Origin: Camelus dromedarius
Lineage: Eukaryota
NCBI RefSeq assembly: GCF_036321535.1
Contig: NC_087437.1
Coordinates: forward strand, 72,418,001-72,482,000
Direction of reading: 5' to 3'
DNA: 64,000 nucleotides
Position numbers and translations under genes: made by a program. This document shows, one piece after another, positions 63,515-64,000 of this stretch (position 1 is the stretch's first letter; every line of letters starts with the position of its first letter). The notes under the pieces were generated by a model. It did no database searches, was not told the origin of the DNA, and worked only from the letters and a program-made list of their open reading frames with translations.

Positions 63515-63918
63515 TGTGTTATGTTCCTAGGGCTGTCATAACATATCCACAAATTTGGTGGCTTAAAACAACAGAAATTTATTCCCTCACAGTTCTGGAG
63601 GCTAGACATCCAAAATCAAGGTTGTCCACAAGGCTACCCTCCCTCCAAAGTCTCTGTGGGAAATCTGTTCTTTGCCTCTTTGGTGGCACCAGGCATTCTT
63701 TGGCTTGCTGCCACATCACTCTGATCTCTGCCTTCATGGTCACATTGCCTTCACCTCTTCTCCATATGTCTCTTGTAAAGATTGTATTCATTAGGTTTAG
63801 GATGTGCCAAGATAATCCATTATGATCTCATCTCAAGGTCCTTATCTTAAATTACACCTGTCCAGACCTATTTTCTAAATAAGATCACACTCAGGTTCCA
63901 GGGACTCAGTTGTGGACC
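63515..63918 (-). mobile_element. MLT1B/C-like MaLR LTR
   Basis: cctagggctgtcataaca..ggtggcttaaaacaacagaaatttatt..cacagttctggaggctag..ctaaataagatcacactcaggttccaggg. Confidence 0.85.
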
Positions 63919-64000
63919 TCATTATCTTACAGAAGTGTGAAGTGGGCTGTTTGATGCACCAAAGACTGAGTTTTAAGTATTACTTACTGGAAATATTCTC

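Overview
Mammalian genomic DNA, AT-rich and repeat-dense. It is probably camelid, judged from a tRNA-derived Vic-1-type SINE and artiodactyl-type L1 3' ends. I can support no intact protein-coding gene: the ORF-track entries are chance ORFs or pieces of repeats. Much of the window is a layered set of transposable elements (class I ERV internal sequence and solo LTRs, an LTR16/ERVL remnant, MaLR LTRs, L1s of several ages, L2/MIR, hAT MITEs, microsatellites). The main unexpected signal lies in the non-repeat gaps between 6565 and ~20700 on the + strand. Translated by eye through stops and frameshifts, these gaps form a collinear fossil reading frame: a Kozak ATG, about ten tandem GIN1/ZBTB11-like integrase zinc-binding (H2C2) modules, two Gypsy-type integrase cores and a GPY/F-like tail, broken up by later TE insertions. 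This looks like a long-dead domesticated integrase gene or a Ginger-like element with an unusual multi-module architecture; it is an inference that needs profile-HMM confirmation. There is also a candidate minus-strand promoter and first exon near 776-1560, and two enhancer-like motif clusters. Repeat family names and reference protein motifs are recalled from memory, not from a database search.
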